Positions 63,737-64,000 of a stretch of DNA of 64,000 bases are shown here, in pieces (position 1 is the stretch's first letter; every line of letters begins with the position of its first letter). The translations under genes and the position numbers were made by a program. Below the pieces are notes generated by a model that ran no database searches, was not told where the DNA came from, and was given only the letters and a program-made list of their open reading frames with translations. Source of the DNA: Octopus sinensis (lineage: Eukaryota); NCBI RefSeq assembly GCF_006345805.1, contig NW_021837029.1, positions 2,938 to 66,937 of the forward strand. The letters are read 5' to 3'.

Positions 63737-64000
63737 GCATTCGTACCTTATCTTCGCTCTTCATCCATAATAGCTACTTTCACCCAGTACTTAATCATGA
63801 CACAGCAAGCTGTGGGATGTGCATTGTTCTCTCAGTGCAACTGTCACAATATTTCAGGACAGAGAATAGGAAAATAAGTTATCCGTTATGATCTGTGATT
63901 ATTTTATTGAATGAGCAACGGTCATATGTTCCTCGAACACTGGTGCTTAGATATAGCTACGGGATTAAACATTAACTGTAATGTCTAAACTCTGATTTCG

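Overview
AT-rich, microsatellite-saturated eukaryotic DNA with no convincing host protein-coding gene; most ORFs in the track are microsatellite translations. The repeat families look like those I recall from octopus genomes, so a coleoid cephalopod is my inference, not a verified assignment. The centrepiece is an apparently full-length Tx1/L1-clade non-LTR retrotransposon (about 17.3-23.5 kb, +). It has ORF1 with a CCHC knuckle and ORF2 with APE-RT-zf, sits between two (TATC)n arrays, and is broken only by small indels that resemble long-read errors. Its last ~50 nt, including a small terminal hairpin, match the 3' tail of an abundant tRNA-derived SINE in the same window, and that SINE also forms 184-bp-period concatemers. 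Other contents: two older Tx1 relics, RTE-clade LINE relics, an R4/Dong-like 3' fragment inside (TAA)n, a near-complete irritans-type mariner, a maT-like relic, an IR/DR Tc1 with an in-frame internal deletion, a pogo/Tigger relic, non-autonomous Helitrons, Penelope-like termini with hammerhead-like motifs, and about 30 SINE copies with shuffled heads, bodies and tails. Family names are from memory of consensus motifs and need database confirmation.
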